Shown here: positions 22,505 through 34,785 of the stretch, piece after piece
How the letters are laid out: each line of letters opens with the position of its first letter
Numbering within the stretch: the stretch's first letter is position 1
Source: Blepharisma stoltei ATCC 30299
Taxonomy: Eukaryota > Protista > Ciliophora
Assembly: GCA_965603825.1 (NCBI GenBank)
Contig: CBFDEM010000011.1
Coordinates: 496,001-560,000, forward strand
Reading direction: 5' to 3'
Length of the DNA stretch: 64,000 nt
Made by a program: the position numbers and the translations under genes
Notes under the pieces: model-generated
Told to the model about the DNA's origin: nothing
What the model saw: the letters and a program-made list of their open reading frames with translations, nothing else
Database searches by the model: none

Positions 22505-23362
22505 TTAAATGTGGTAAGATTTTAGTGTTCGGTCTAAAGACCCTGTTAGGATTTCTGAGCCTGTGAATAGCAAGCTTCTGATTTGGTCTTTGTGAAGAGC
22601 TGTTGAGGTTTGCAGTTGGGAGTTTCCATAATCGTAAAGAAGCAAATCGCCTTGTTGGGTCCCAATTGCAAAGCTGCTTCCTATGACTTCAATGCTTGAG
22701 AGAAGATGATCAACATTCTATATAGGCTTTACCCACTGATTAATGCAATTTTCACTCCTAAGATCAATCTGCAGTATAAGTCCATCTTCCTGGGCAATAA
22801 ACAAACTACTATCCACCAGTCTCATATCTACTGCATTTCCACTTAAATTTAAAATGGCTTTTGATTCCTTACTTCTTATATCCCATATCCTCACGTCATT
22901 TCCTATACTCAGTATAGAATGATTGTCATACAATTTTAAGTGGCTTGTGTCTGCATTTTGCATGCTGAACTGAAAATTCATGCTCTGGTCCCATACAATG
23001 ATTCTGCTTATTTCTTACTCGTAGCTGTCTGCTGATACTATATTTTGTCCTTTTTTATCAATGCTCGCTACTGAGTCATTGTGCAATGAAGCCTTAGCTG
23101 CTATGCTCAAATCCTGGTTAAAGCAATAAACATCTCCATTATCTGCTCCCACATAGAGTTTCCCTCCATGCCAAGCTCCACATCTCATTCCACTCTCAAA
23201 TCGATTTGCTGCAACTTGGTGGTACTGATTTTCCCCATAATTTATTATGCTCACCCACCCATCCCACACATTTCCTGTCAGCTTGCTCCCAATGACAGCT
23301 AAATTTTCCCTTTGCTTAGCTAAACATTCAATTTCCCAATCAAACTTATAAATAAGCTTCAT
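22505..23362 (-). CDS. WD40 protein (MEP50/WDR77-like), two tiny introns
   Basis: SKLTGNVWDG, HNDSVASI, IIVWD, VRIWDIRS, HKDQIRSL..LTGSLDRT; introns at 23004-23018 and 22718-22732. Confidence 0.75.
22718..22732 (-). other. 15-nt spliceosomal intron
   Basis: GTAAAGCCTATATAG; contains an in-frame TAG and has A at position 10. Confidence 0.85.
23004..23018 (-). other. 15-nt spliceosomal intron
   Basis: GTAAGAAATAAGCAG; contains an in-frame TAA, and removal gives SYEIIVWD. Confidence 0.85.
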
Positions 23363-23400
23363 TATTTAATCTAGCCATAAATAGACCTCAATATATTAAA

Positions 23401-23785
23401 TTAGAAGTCAGTGAAATGCAATTCTACTTCAACGCCTGGGTCGATGTTGAAATCTGTGACCTTCTTGATAAAATCAGTTGGGCAAATTAGCGTGACAACT
23501 CTCTTGTGGATTCTCATTTCTAAACGGTCAAAGGTGGAGGTTCCGTTGCCGCAAGGACTCTTCCTTACAGTGATGCGGAGGATCTTCGTTGGAAGCCTCA
23601 CTGGTCCGTAAGTCTTGAGGTTTTCTTTTTTGGCTGAGGAAATGAGCTTAGAAGTCACTGAATTGGAAAATACTGTTTTCTAAAACTTGCAGCTTTGTGG
23701 AGGTAAGGGTGAAACGGATTTTTTGGGGCTTTGATTCAGATTCAACTCCTTTGCCTTTTCCTTTCTCAAACGCTGGATCTTCCAT
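23401..23785 (-). CDS. RPS20: 40S ribosomal protein uS10, one 16-nt intron
   Basis: KIRFTLTST...GPVRLPTKILRITVRKSPCGNGTSTFDRLEMRIHKR; 385 nt minus the 16-nt intron gives 123 codons. Confidence 0.93.
23658..23673 (-). other. 16-nt spliceosomal intron
   Basis: GTATTTTCCAATTCAG; removal restores LENMTSKLI. Confidence 0.88.
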
Positions 23786-24032
23786 CTTAGCCACTCTTTA
23801 TTACTATGGCTTAAACGCAAATAAGTTCTTATGGGATTTCTGAGTTTTTGGCAAAGCTCAAAAAGGTTATTATCAATCCAACAGAGATTTTATTTTATAA
23901 GAATCTGAATATATAATGGCAAATATTTTAGATTTTCCTTTAAAATATGCCGATCCTTATTAGAGTTAGTTTTTGTCTATTCAATATTTTTCTATAAAGA
24001 CGCTAATTACATTAACTGATATTTTCTATGGT

Positions 24033-25115
24033 TTAATTGAGATTTTCTCCAGTCAGGGTCAAGTGAGACACTGCACTATCTATATCTTCTTCAGGCGCCT
24101 CTCTATTCGGGCCAACCTCTTTCCAAGGCATCCTATCTAACTCTTCTAGTCCGCTGACAATCTTGTTCCCCAACTCAGTTGGATTTTCCAAATACAAATG
24201 ATGCCCTGAATTTGAAACGATTTCACATATCACTGGCGCAGCATTGACAATCGCATTCTGGCGTGCTCCTTCAGGATCCATCCAATCCTTATCTCCATAC
24301 AAGTATATTGCAGGAGTTGCAAGAATTCTGTCACACAGTGGTGCATGAGCCCATGCTCCAGCTTTTAAAATTTTGCTTAACCCAAACTCTCCACTTCCCG
24401 GGAACAAGTTGACTTGCTCCAGGACCACTTTTAGGTTGTTGAGCTCTTCCTCCGGGAGTCCTTTGATTCTCCTCCTCAAGTACATTTTTACAAGTTTTCC
24501 GGAAAGCGGGCCTGACTTTCTAAGTAGAGAAGCAGGCGTCGTTCCCTTTTTGAACATGCAATTAGCGACTTTGAACAGAACTCTGAAGGTCCATTTCTTT
24601 TTCTTCAAGGCTTTCTCAAAATCATAGTCATCAGGAGGTTTCACAACGCCAACAGCTGAGATGAAGACTACTTTTTCTACTCTTTCTGGGAATTTTTCAG
24701 TGTAGCACCCAGCTATGTATCCTCCGAATGAATGTCCTGCTAATATCATTTTTTCTAGGCCCAAAGCATTTCTGCAAGCTTCAATTGGTGACACAAAAAA
24801 GTCTTCGGTTTCTTCTCGAGATTCTAAAGTGAAAAGAGGCCGGCTTGACCTGCCCATTCCCAGAAGATCGAGACAATAAACTCTGTAGTGGAGAGATAGA
24901 CTTTGGAGAAGCTTGTAGAAAATTATGCTTGTACCTAAAAATCCATGAAGCAATATTAGAGGAGGCTTAGAGACATCGCCGCAGCTCAAGCCAAAAATTG
25001 AACGACTTTCATCGATATCGATCCTGAAAGATTCTATGTTAAGTCCTGATATGCTGATAAGCGATTTTTCTGCCTCGTCTAAAGCTTCATGGGAAATTCT
25101 ACACCATTTGACCAT
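24033..25115 (-). CDS. Alpha/beta hydrolase, ABHD4/ABHD5 (CGI-58)-like
   Basis: LLHGF, DLLGMGRSSRP, GHSFGG nucleophile elbow, YGDKDWMD and SGHHLYLENP. Confidence 0.9.
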   Translation of the reverse strand: MVKWCRISHEALDEAEKSLISISGLNIESFRIDIDESRSIFGLSCGDVSKPPLILLHGFLGTSIIFYKLLQSLSLHYRVYCLDLLGMGRSSRPLFTLESREETEDFFVSPIEACRNALGLEKMILAGHSFGGYIAGCYTEKFPERVEKVVFISAVGVVKPPDDYDFEKALKKKKWTFRVLFKVANCMFKKGTTPASLLRKSGPLSGKLVKMYLRRRIKGLPEEELNNLKVVLEQVNLFPGSGEFGLSKILKAGAWAHAPLCDRILATPAIYLYGDKDWMDPEGARQNAIVNAAPVICEIVSNSGHHLYLENPTELGNKIVSGLEELDRMPWKEVGPNREAPEEDIDSAVSHLTLTGENLN

Positions 25116-25249
25116 TTTTTTGTAAAAGACGATATCAGAACATTTTTCATCTTAGGCGAAAGGGTTTCTTTTAAATTATAGCGTAAATATTTATTTAAAT
25201 GATGTATAATATTAATCGCCAATAAAATACTATGCAAAATCGCTGCATA

Positions 25250-25361
25250 TAAACTGCTAAAACAATGTCACAAACTGTTCAAAAAAATCCATTCTCAAGC
25301 TTTATGGTGCCTTTGAAATTCAATGAAAAGGTATCTGAGAAGCTAGATAAAAGCGAAAATA
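25250..25361 (-). pseudogene. Decayed fragment paralogous to the TM region of the neighbouring receptor (about 26735-26845)
   Basis: Shares GTCACAAACTG, TCAAGCTTTATG, AAATTCAA and GAAGCTAGATAAAAGCGAAAATA in the same order and spacing. Confidence 0.7.
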
Positions 25362-25901
25362 GCCAATCACATTTCTTACCGTTAAAGCGAGCATCAAAAA
25401 GACTTTGAAAAATTCAAATTTTAAATCTTTACATGAAAAAAGTACATAGATATTTTTATTAATGGCATGTGAAAAAAGTGTAAAGAATAAAAATATTCTA
25501 TAATTGATAAAGAAAAAGTTAATAAATAAAGTTACAGCTGCGCTTGGTTTAAATGCAAACAATCTCTTAAAAATGAATGCTAATGTTAGTGAATTTAGTA
25601 GAGTAGTAATTTTTTTGCTAGTATATATATACTAGAATATTTTTATCTGATCTACTCCTTAGGTTTTATTTGGTGCTGTGGAGTGTATTGCAGGATTTGC
25701 TGAAAAAAATCACTGTGAGGGAAAAATTTTTTTTTCACTCACGAGCGGGCTAAAAAAATATGTGGGTAAAAGATTCTGTCTCACTGAGGTTAGAGCTTAG
25801 GCAATAAGGATATGTTTTTCTATTATTAATAGCAAATATTAAACTATAAAATAGCTATCTCGAATAAATTTCTTAAATTAAAATTTTATATACATAAATT
25901 T

Positions 25902-28900
25902 TTAATAGATTTCAATGCCTGGCGAAATCCTTGATGAGGATTGCAAATTCAAACTTTTCCCGCTGATTTTTGATGTTGATTTTCGAAACGAAAATGCGAA
26001 TTGAAATAAAGCGCTTGTATCATGCCCTTTAGCCTTAAAAAGAAGGCTTGGGTACTTTTTCCTCATGATTAAGAAACCATAAGCTCCAATGGCTAGCCAT
26101 CCAGCAAGAAGAGTCATAATTCATCCGTAGGAGGAACCATTAATTTCTGCATTTATAGTGGCTAGTATTGAAAGTCAAATAACTGCTATTAGACTTATAA
26201 ACTCTCACCAACTGTATCTTTGATAATTGTAAGGTTTATATTTATGCACAAATATCACATAGCATATAAGCACTGCCACAAATAAAACTGCATGAACTGT
26301 TGATTGAGCCCTTTTAATCGTTTTATTCATCACTACTAAGGATACTTGAACGACAGTTTTGACCATCAAAAACAAGGGCAAAGTCTTGACATGTAGCTGA
26401 ATCTGAAATTCTTGCCATAAAGGCCTACAAAACACAGCCAGGGGTTCATAAGTGAGCAGTGCAAGAATAGCCAAAATCACATATATTATATGGGTTCTTT
26501 GCCAGCAAAACTGATAGCAGTCAGTTGCCAAAAAACTTTCTGTGAAGTTATTTCCAATCGCTTCATCACACACAAAAATATCCAGCAGCACTGATACAAA
26601 AGGAATAAAACATAAATTTCCTAAAATTGGCATTAAAAAGTCTCCGAGCTCATCTAGATACTGAAATATTACAAAATTCGACCTTTCATTCAGTCTCAGC
26701 AAAATTGTTGCACATAGACTATTTCACAGCAAGCAGCATGCCAAAACTAGGTCACAAACTGCCCAGAAAATACCGTTTTCAAGCTTTATGACACTTGCTA
26801 AATTCAAAGATATAGCATCTGCGAAGCTAGATAAAAGCGAAAATATTTTTTTGAAGTCAGGACCCATAGCAATTATTTGTAAAAATTCGACCCCTATAGA
26901 AATGCCGACTACAAAATCTTGAACAGAAATTTCTTGTTTTTGATTCAAGGTCTCGATTTTCACATCTCACCATTTTTTCCAAATATAGTAAGTAATGATT
27001 GCAGTTATTAGTGCAATAGCAAAGCCAATGCAAAATATAACAATCCTTCCCTTTGAAAAAGTGATTATTTTAGAATCGGGAAATGGGCAATCACTAGCAG
27101 AATTTCTAAATTCGGAAGGCTGAACTATAGAATTGTCACCATATATAAATGGCTGATCTATAGTCAATAGCTTTGAACCAAGTGGATTAAACAATCCTAT
27201 GTGATATACAGATAGTGTGCCATTGCTTATTTGATTAGCATCAATGGTAACTGTATTAAACTCATTATCATTGCTACCATGAGCTATTGACGTAGTCCCC
27301 AAGCACCCAACCATTTTTATGCTTCTTATTGTTGAGTTTAACTTGTACGGGTCTGTATAATCGAGACCCCTATTAATCATACTGCTAATTGCATTTGAAA
27401 GGAGATAGGTCGAGTCAAAGAAATTGCACTGATAATCACTCGGCGTCACCTTATATTTAGCTTTAAGGTTATTATAAATCTTTTTCCCAAATGTTCCAAC
27501 CCATATTGAGCCTTGAAAAGTCATCATTGGTACTCCGACCTCATATCGCTTATATAAATATTCATCTTTAAATCCAATTTCGACCATAATTCCGCCTGCT
27601 GTAGTCAAAAAAACTAGATCACCTTTTCGAGCTCCTAAATCGTAAAAACGCTCTAAAATGTAACCAAATGTTGTGCCTGAGTACAAAAATATGAGAATGA
27701 GTCGTGCATTTGAGTCATATACTCCTTTAAGAGAGTTTATATAATTAGTTGATTCTTCTCTTGTTAACTCTGGTGGAATCACTCTTGATCATTCAGGATT
27801 CACAATATTAAGAGCATTTTTCTCTGCGTATTTTTTAAATCACAAATAGCATGAAATTCCATAAGTTTCGTTGCCATAAAGAACTGCAACTGAGCTTCAA
27901 CCCAAGCTTTTGATTAAAGGAGCCATATCTGAAGCCAATATAGAGTCAGAGAGTTGGACTCTTGTATACCAAGGATATAGCTCAGTCGAGTTCAATCCTG
28001 GAGCTGAATTGCAAGATCCGACTATAGGAAGAGTCAAGTTTAATAGTTTAAAAGTTTGTATTGTTCCTATTGCCACGGATGACGGAAAAGATGCAATATG
28101 GCCTAAACCAAACTTATCTATGCCCTTTGAGAAGCATGATAGTCCATAAGCAGAATCATAAGAAGTTGCTCCACAGTCAAAAAAGAATAAACTTAATTGG
28201 AAATTTTCAAGAATATCGAGCAAGCCTTCGTTTACCATTGAAATCACTAATGAAGCACCTCGAGCATAAATGGGCACATTTAAATCAGATGCACTGCCAT
28301 AGTTTGTTGAGCCAGCATTTATGCTTATAGGTAAAGTCTTTTTCGCTGAAACTGGGACAGCTGATGAATTTCCTAGAAAAATGATTGGCTTTGTGATATA
28401 GATGTTTGAGGAACTAAAACTTCCAACAATAATTCTTTCCCCATATTGAACATTTATTAAAGAAAACTGAGCTTTGCAGTAATGTGAGGTGCATGAAGTA
28501 TCGAGGACTTTCTTCATATCAAAGGAGTTTGCTATTGAGGGGCCATCAAGCATTGAAATGACAAAGTCTATTGCGTTGATGATAAAATCTTCATCGGATT
28601 TTGAATATTCTTGCCCTTGTTCAACAATGGCTAAGGCTCCATTTATAATTATGTTATAGTAACTTTCCTTTCCTAACAATATTCCATTTCCTGATATTAT
28701 CAGCTTACTTGAAATAAGGGCTTCCTGCAAGACTACAGAGTCATTAGAATCTGTAAATAAATAAAACAAACTTTTTCCAGATGGGGCTACAATATAAGAT
28801 ATAATCTTATTTATACTTGAGTTCTCTTCAATTATGGCACTAGTAAAATTGCTTGAAAGATTGAGAATGAACTCTTGAAGAAATGAATTCTTTTTTGAAT

Positions 28901-29333
28901 TAAAAACAAAACCTTCGCTTCAGTTGAAAAAATTAAGAATATTATATAGCGAGCTTTCGTAACTATTTCTTGAAGAGATGGCTGAGTATGTTCAAGATTT
29001 ATAATATTTTAAATTGTCTTCAATTACGATATGAGGAACTTTGAGCTCTTCACATTCCCTTGAGAGCATATAATGGTCAGCTATATTATCAGCTAAGTCA
29101 ATCAAAATTTTCGGGTCTTCTAGACTAGAAAGAAAATATATTGTTTCTTGTCTATTATATGTGAATCGAGGTGTAACTAATTCAGGGATTAAAATATTAT
29201 TCTCTCAAGCCTCCTTAAATGATAATGTCTGAGTAAAAATTATTACATCGAGAGAATAAGATGAGATTAGCAGCATAAAGAGCAAAAACACTGAATTTGA
29301 GCTTAGACGAAGTAAAACTTTGATTTCTCTCAT
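25902..29333 (-). CDS. 1143-aa receptor-like protein: signal peptide, two Venus-flytrap/periplasmic-binding-like modules, multi-TM C-terminus
   Basis: All ORF-track pieces share one frame joined by TGA=W. Motifs LNFFN-W-SEGFVF, LNSTELYPWYTRV, LIKSLG-W-SSVAVLYGNETYG, NARLILIF and FFDSTYLLSNAI, followed by about 9 hydrophobic segments. Confidence 0.8.
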
Positions 29334-29804
29334 TAATTATTAGTCTAAATTTCTAAAATACTTTTTTATTATTTAAATAATACAAATCATTAATTTAATG
29401 CAAATGAATAGCACATTTTAATAAATCTAAATATCAGGCTTAACAATTTTAATTTATCAAAATATCTAAGCATAATTTAACCCGAATTACAAAATTTGTT
29501 TAATGAAGTGCCTTTAATATGCTAAGGATAATTATTTATTATAGATTGATAAAATTTTAATTGCTTTTTATAATATTGACCGTGCAATAGTTAAATTTCT
29601 ATTAAATTAATAAGAAATTTTAATTAAAATTAATTTTTAGGCAAAAAGACTAACTTCAATAGCTAATAGATCAAGTTAAAAATTTATAATATGCTTTCTC
29701 CTTTTTTCTCTAGTAATGTCATAATAAAAATTATTGCCTTAAACTTATTTTACAAAAGATAATTAAATAAAATAGCTTGAAAAAACGTGCAAAGAGGAAT
29801 AGGT

Positions 29805-30160
29805 ATAAGATTCCTCCTTTATTATAAGAGAGCAACACACTTGATTGAAAATATTAAGAATTCCCGATTTCGCTATTTGTTTCCATGCATATCCATCTTC
29901 AACAGATTAAGGCATTAAATTCAATTAAATACAGCCTGTCAATATTAATCAGAAATTTTCTTGTGCTTTCTGCAAATTGAAAAGGAATTATTGAGAAAGA
30001 GTCAATGCCAACTAATAAAGCAAAAATCTTTTGTTAAAAAATCTAGAAATCGAAAATTTTTCATTAGGCATTGAATTGTGGTTTTAGTAATCAGCTTCAA
30101 GCATTGGAGCTAATTTAATTCATCGATTTTAATCCAAAAAGAATCTAAGAGATCAAGCAA
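29805..30160 (-). pseudogene. Decayed tandem copy of the 3' end of the 30446-32146 gene
   Basis: Collinear blocks ATTCCTCCTTTATTATA, CAACACACTTGAT, AAATACAG, GAGAAAGAGTCAAT and AATCAGCTT..GCATTGGA match 30500-30860; indels and stops present. Confidence 0.75.
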
Positions 30161-30445
30161 TAGAAATTTCATTGCAGATACTTCTTATATAGTTAAATCC
30201 TCTGAAACAATAGACATTTCTATTGAATACATATTGGACTTTGAGTTAATAGTGTAAATAAATGCTAAGATCCTGCAGATAGCTTTCAATTTTTTGTAAC
30301 ATCATAAAGATTACTAAATAAAATGAGAGCGAGTTAGATGATTACTGAAAGAAAATATGTAGAAACATTTGAAGAAGTTACATTTATTTTAAGAATTAAA
30401 AAATCCTCAATATTATTTCAAAAGTATTAATTATTAATTCTTAAT

Positions 30446-32146
30446 TTAGTCAATCTTCTTTTTTTTGAAATCAAACTTGAAGTAGCCAATATCTGTCCCA
30501 ATGCATATTCCTCCTTTATTATATAAACAACACACTTGATCAGGATTGCACTTAATTTTTGATTTTCTAATTCGTCTCCAATTCGAGTAGCTTCCAATTT
30601 CGCTTTCGTAGATTGATCCATAGCATTCAATCAAATACAGTCTCTCTGCGTTTATCAGGACCTTTCTTTTAAAATCTTCAAACTCATAAGGAATTGTCGA
30701 GAAAGAGTCAATATCAATTGAGTATAACCAAAGATTTCTGTTTTCATATCCAGAAATCAAAATATTTCCATTAAATATTATACTATTGCATCCAAAATCA
30801 GCTTGTGGCATTGGAATTAATTGAATTCATTGATTTCGATCGAAATCGAATCTGCTAGATAGAGTTAAAGCATTATAATATTCATCGTATCCTCCAAAGC
30901 AATAGACACTGTTGTTGAAATAGATACATGATGAGAATTTGCATGAAGTTCCAGATGGCAGCACTTCGACTCCACCATTCACATCAATCAGCACTGTAAT
31001 TCCATAAAGTCAACAATTACCAAAACAGAATAGCTTGCCATTTGGAAGTTGAGTTATGCAAGTTGTCTCGTCTAGTGGTTCTGGAGTCTGCAAGATTTTG
31101 AATTCCTCTGCTTCAGTTTCAGTGTTATAAATATGCAAATTAGTTCTGTTGTTATCTCTTATAATATTATAAAGAGATGTCTTTTGTTGATAAGCATTAA
31201 GATAGTCTTGGTAAGCTTGCTTTAGTGGTGGATCATAAAGATTAGAATTGGTCCGAATTGCTGAGGAAGTTGCTCTGAAATCTATCTCTAATTCTGGATT
31301 GTTTGATTCACTCAAAATCTTAGCTGTTTTATTTCTTAAGGTGTCTATAGCGTTTAAAGCGCTTTCTATTTCCTTGGGCTTACTGTTGAGATCATTAGAA
31401 ACAGTGCTTATTTGAGAATTAAGCAAACTTGCCTCGTTTTCTGTTTTTAGTTTTATTGGCTCTTTTACGTTTTTACGATGGAATAAAAATAACGTATCTG
31501 ATGAAGTTAAAATGCTTTCTGACTCACTATTTGTTAGGGTTATAGCTTTACTGTGCTCTTCTTGCATGTATTCAATTTTCGAAGGTCTTTTGTCTATATG
31601 AACTTCAAACTTGTCTTTAATGAAGCTTTCAATCATATTGCCCATTTTTTCGCTGAATCCGCAAAACAACTTTGCGCTTTCGTACCAATCTGAGTTGGCT
31701 GGGATCATCATTTTTACTTTTTCAACAGCCTCGCTAGGTTGCAAACTCAACAATTCTAAAATCGGGTCTTGCATAGGCATAGATATCGTTTTAGCTCCCT
31801 CAATTTTTAAGCAGTAATTAGTAATTAAATCTGATGAAGAGTTCAAATTTTTTATAAGCTCTTTTATATAATTTTCTGACTTCAGTAGATGCTGGCTGAA
31901 AGATGCTAAGGTATTTCTCTTCAACTTATTATTCTCTAGCTTTTCTTTTGTAAGAAATCCGAGAATCGCTTCTTTTGTTCCTTCGTAAGGGTCTATAGAA
32001 ATGAATTCAAGTGCAAGAGTTTTATTAGGCAGCTCTATATATTTTCCGGTATGCTGCTTGCAGGAATATGTTCAAGGAGAAGTGTATTTGCACACATACT
32101 CAGCCTCAAACTCGCAGTCTGGCTCAGAGCACCGCTTAATGTCCAT
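30446..32146 (-). CDS. Cys/His-finger + coiled-coil + Kelch-like repeat protein (lineage-expanded type)
   Basis: ATG 32146 (MDIKRCSEPDCEFEAEYVC...CKQH), one frame via TGA=W; C-terminal QLPNGKLFCFG, IYFNNSVYCFGG and W.QLIPMP. Confidence 0.75.
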
Positions 32147-33834
32147 TATTATAATCCTCCATTTTTATTTTGCCAACACTCCAAATCGGAATTGGAAAGA
32201 ACAAGATATAACTTATGTGGATTATTATAAGAGGCTAAACACCGAGCAGACAATCTTTGCCAACTTTTAAATAAATCTACTATAGAAGAGGCAGAAAGAA
32301 ATAAAACTGATCGCTGAATTGTGCAATATAACTGATATTCCTGATAATATGAAAAACTCAAGAGATCCCACAGCACAAGACCAGTGATAGTGACCACCAC
32401 AGCGAAGTTTCATTACCAAGAAATGCAAGAGTCAAACTTAAATATCGAAGACAAAGATTAGATTTTGGAAGAATATTAATCATGCATCGCAAGAATGATA
32501 CACATCCTTTCACCATCTTAACTTCGATAATCTCTGAAACTTCATCAATCACAGAAGATACCGTGATCGGAATCGGTAGAAACTCTTACATTTTGATTGA
32601 ATACACATTAACAAAATATCAGAGGCCAATTTGAGAACTGCTGTTGCTTTGATGCTCCCCTCCCTATTTTTATCAGCTTGCCTCTGACGGCCATCTTAAT
32701 TTTCAAACTTTAGTATTTCATATCAGAAGCCACTTCGCAAATTCCACTTAAATTCACACAGCCTCCCTACAGGTTACTCAGGTTATTAATTTGGAAAAGG
32801 TATGCCCAAAAGCTCATTTACCTCTGCTAAAGCTCGAGACGATACAGGATTTCTCACGCTGACATAGTAAAAATAAGCAATCATAATTGTTCTCAATCTC
32901 AAATCCATTACCTAATAAAAGCCCTGAAATATCCCTAAAATTCAAACTCCAAAATCTTTCAGAGTATAATTTAAATGCTAAACTGTACTTAATAATCGAT
33001 CTGTTCTTTAATTTCTTGATATATTCCGTTAGCGATTTCTAATAGCCTGCAAATTCTATTCTCGTTTTTTCGTGCTCTAAGTTCAGCATAATTTCTGCTT
33101 TTTTCTTGTTTTGTGTATGCTTTTAGATATTCGCTTCTCATTTTATATACATTTTTTCTGGCTTTAGTTAGTTTGTGTGCAGCTTTTTTACCTTTTTCGA
33201 TCAATGAATAATGATGCAATGAAAAACATTCTTTAAAAGCTCTTGGAGGGCAAGAAGGATAGTCTTAATTTTAGATAAAAATAATATTACTTTTACCCGT
33301 TCCGAGTAACTGATATCTCAAATATTGATCTATCTCTAGCACATGCATCATAATGAGTAGAAACAGATTTAGGCATTTACAGACGACTCAAAAATCATTA
33401 TAGTTAACAAAGCATCCTAATAGAAATGCATGTGAGGAATCTATTATAATTAAAATGGATGCATATCTCATTAAAATGGGCTGCATGCAGCCAACAGATA
33501 GTGGATTTTAAGGCTGGAAGGAAGTTTAGCCTGAATATTTTGAAGAAACTAAGAAGCCAAAATATAAGAGTTCCAGATAATTATTCAATCACTGAAATAT
33601 TCAATTTGATTTTACAAGTGAAGTGCTCCAGGATATTGTATCATATACAAACCAAACATTGAAAGCAAAAGAATAGCGGAAAACTTAGGGAAAGAGATCA
33701 ATATTAGCATGAATTGAGTGAAATTGAATTACTCAAATAATTGATTATCATAATGATGTGGAACAATGCTGATTTAATAAGGTTAAGGTTGCCTTATCAA
33801 TTTTTTTTAAAAATTCATAATGTAGGAATTTAAT

Positions 33835-34727
33835 ATGAAAAGATTTTTGCTATATTTAGGCGCAGGAACTCTTGCAGCATTTTCATATGACCCAATTTAC
33901 TATGCTTATAAGTGGAACTATAAAGAGCCTATAGATCTCAAAAAGAATTATGGAAGTGGCAGCTATGCTCTAATTACAGGTGCAAGTGATGGAATCGGAA
34001 AAGCCTTTAGCCGAGCAATTGCAGCACAAGGACTTAACGTAATCCTTGTAGGGAGAAATTCAGAAAAGCTCAGAACAGTCCAAGCAGAAATCGAGCACGA
34101 ATTTAATGTAAAAGTAGTGACTATGACTGTAAATTTAGAAGAAATCCATGAAAATCTAGAAAATATAGAGAAATCCAAAGCCAGCTTCAGCAATATGACA
34201 TCTCTATTTTGGTAAATAACGTTGGACAGATTGTCAGAAAAACAATTGGAGCTATGGCTCCTGAAGAAATCAACAGATTAAATGGAGTAAACTGTTATCC
34301 AATGGCCTATTTCACGAACATTCTTCTAAACCAATTCGCTCACAGAGGAACTAGGAGTGCAGTTATAAACGTCTCCAGCATTTTGGGCAAGTATCCTTTG
34401 TGTGGAGCAACTGTTTATAACGCCACGAAATGCTATAACTATGGATTTTCAATGGCTATGGCACATGAGTATAAAGATATTGCAGATGTATTAACAGTAT
34501 GTCCTGGGAGAGTCAAGACTAATATGAATGTTAATGAGAAAATTGGCTTCTTTTGTCCTCTTCCTGATAAAGTAGCTGAAGGGGCACTTAGGGATTTAGG
34601 CACAAGAAAATTATCATATGGAGCGCCAGGCCATGATCTAACTGGATGGAGTCTTGAGTTTTTGCCAGAGAGCTTTAGAATAGGTCTTTCAAGGTTTTTG
34701 ATTAAAAAAGGTCTCTTTAATCCATAA
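33835..34727 (+). CDS. SDR, very-long-chain 3-ketoacyl-CoA reductase / 17beta-HSD12-like, with a 1-nt frameshift near 34170
   Basis: ALITGASDGIGK, ILVGRNSEKL, DISILVNNVG, INVSS and YNATK (YxxxK); the two halves lie in different frames. Confidence 0.8.
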
Positions 34728-34785
34728 TAAACAGTCAAAAACATTATCTAAAAATCAATTATTATGACTATTCAAAAATAAATTA

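Noticed and set aside
32150-33700. Short ORFs (32149-32552, 32989-33219, 33459-33662)
   Set aside because: No recognisable domain, and they are broken by TAA/TAG even under UGA=Trp; at most decayed coding DNA.
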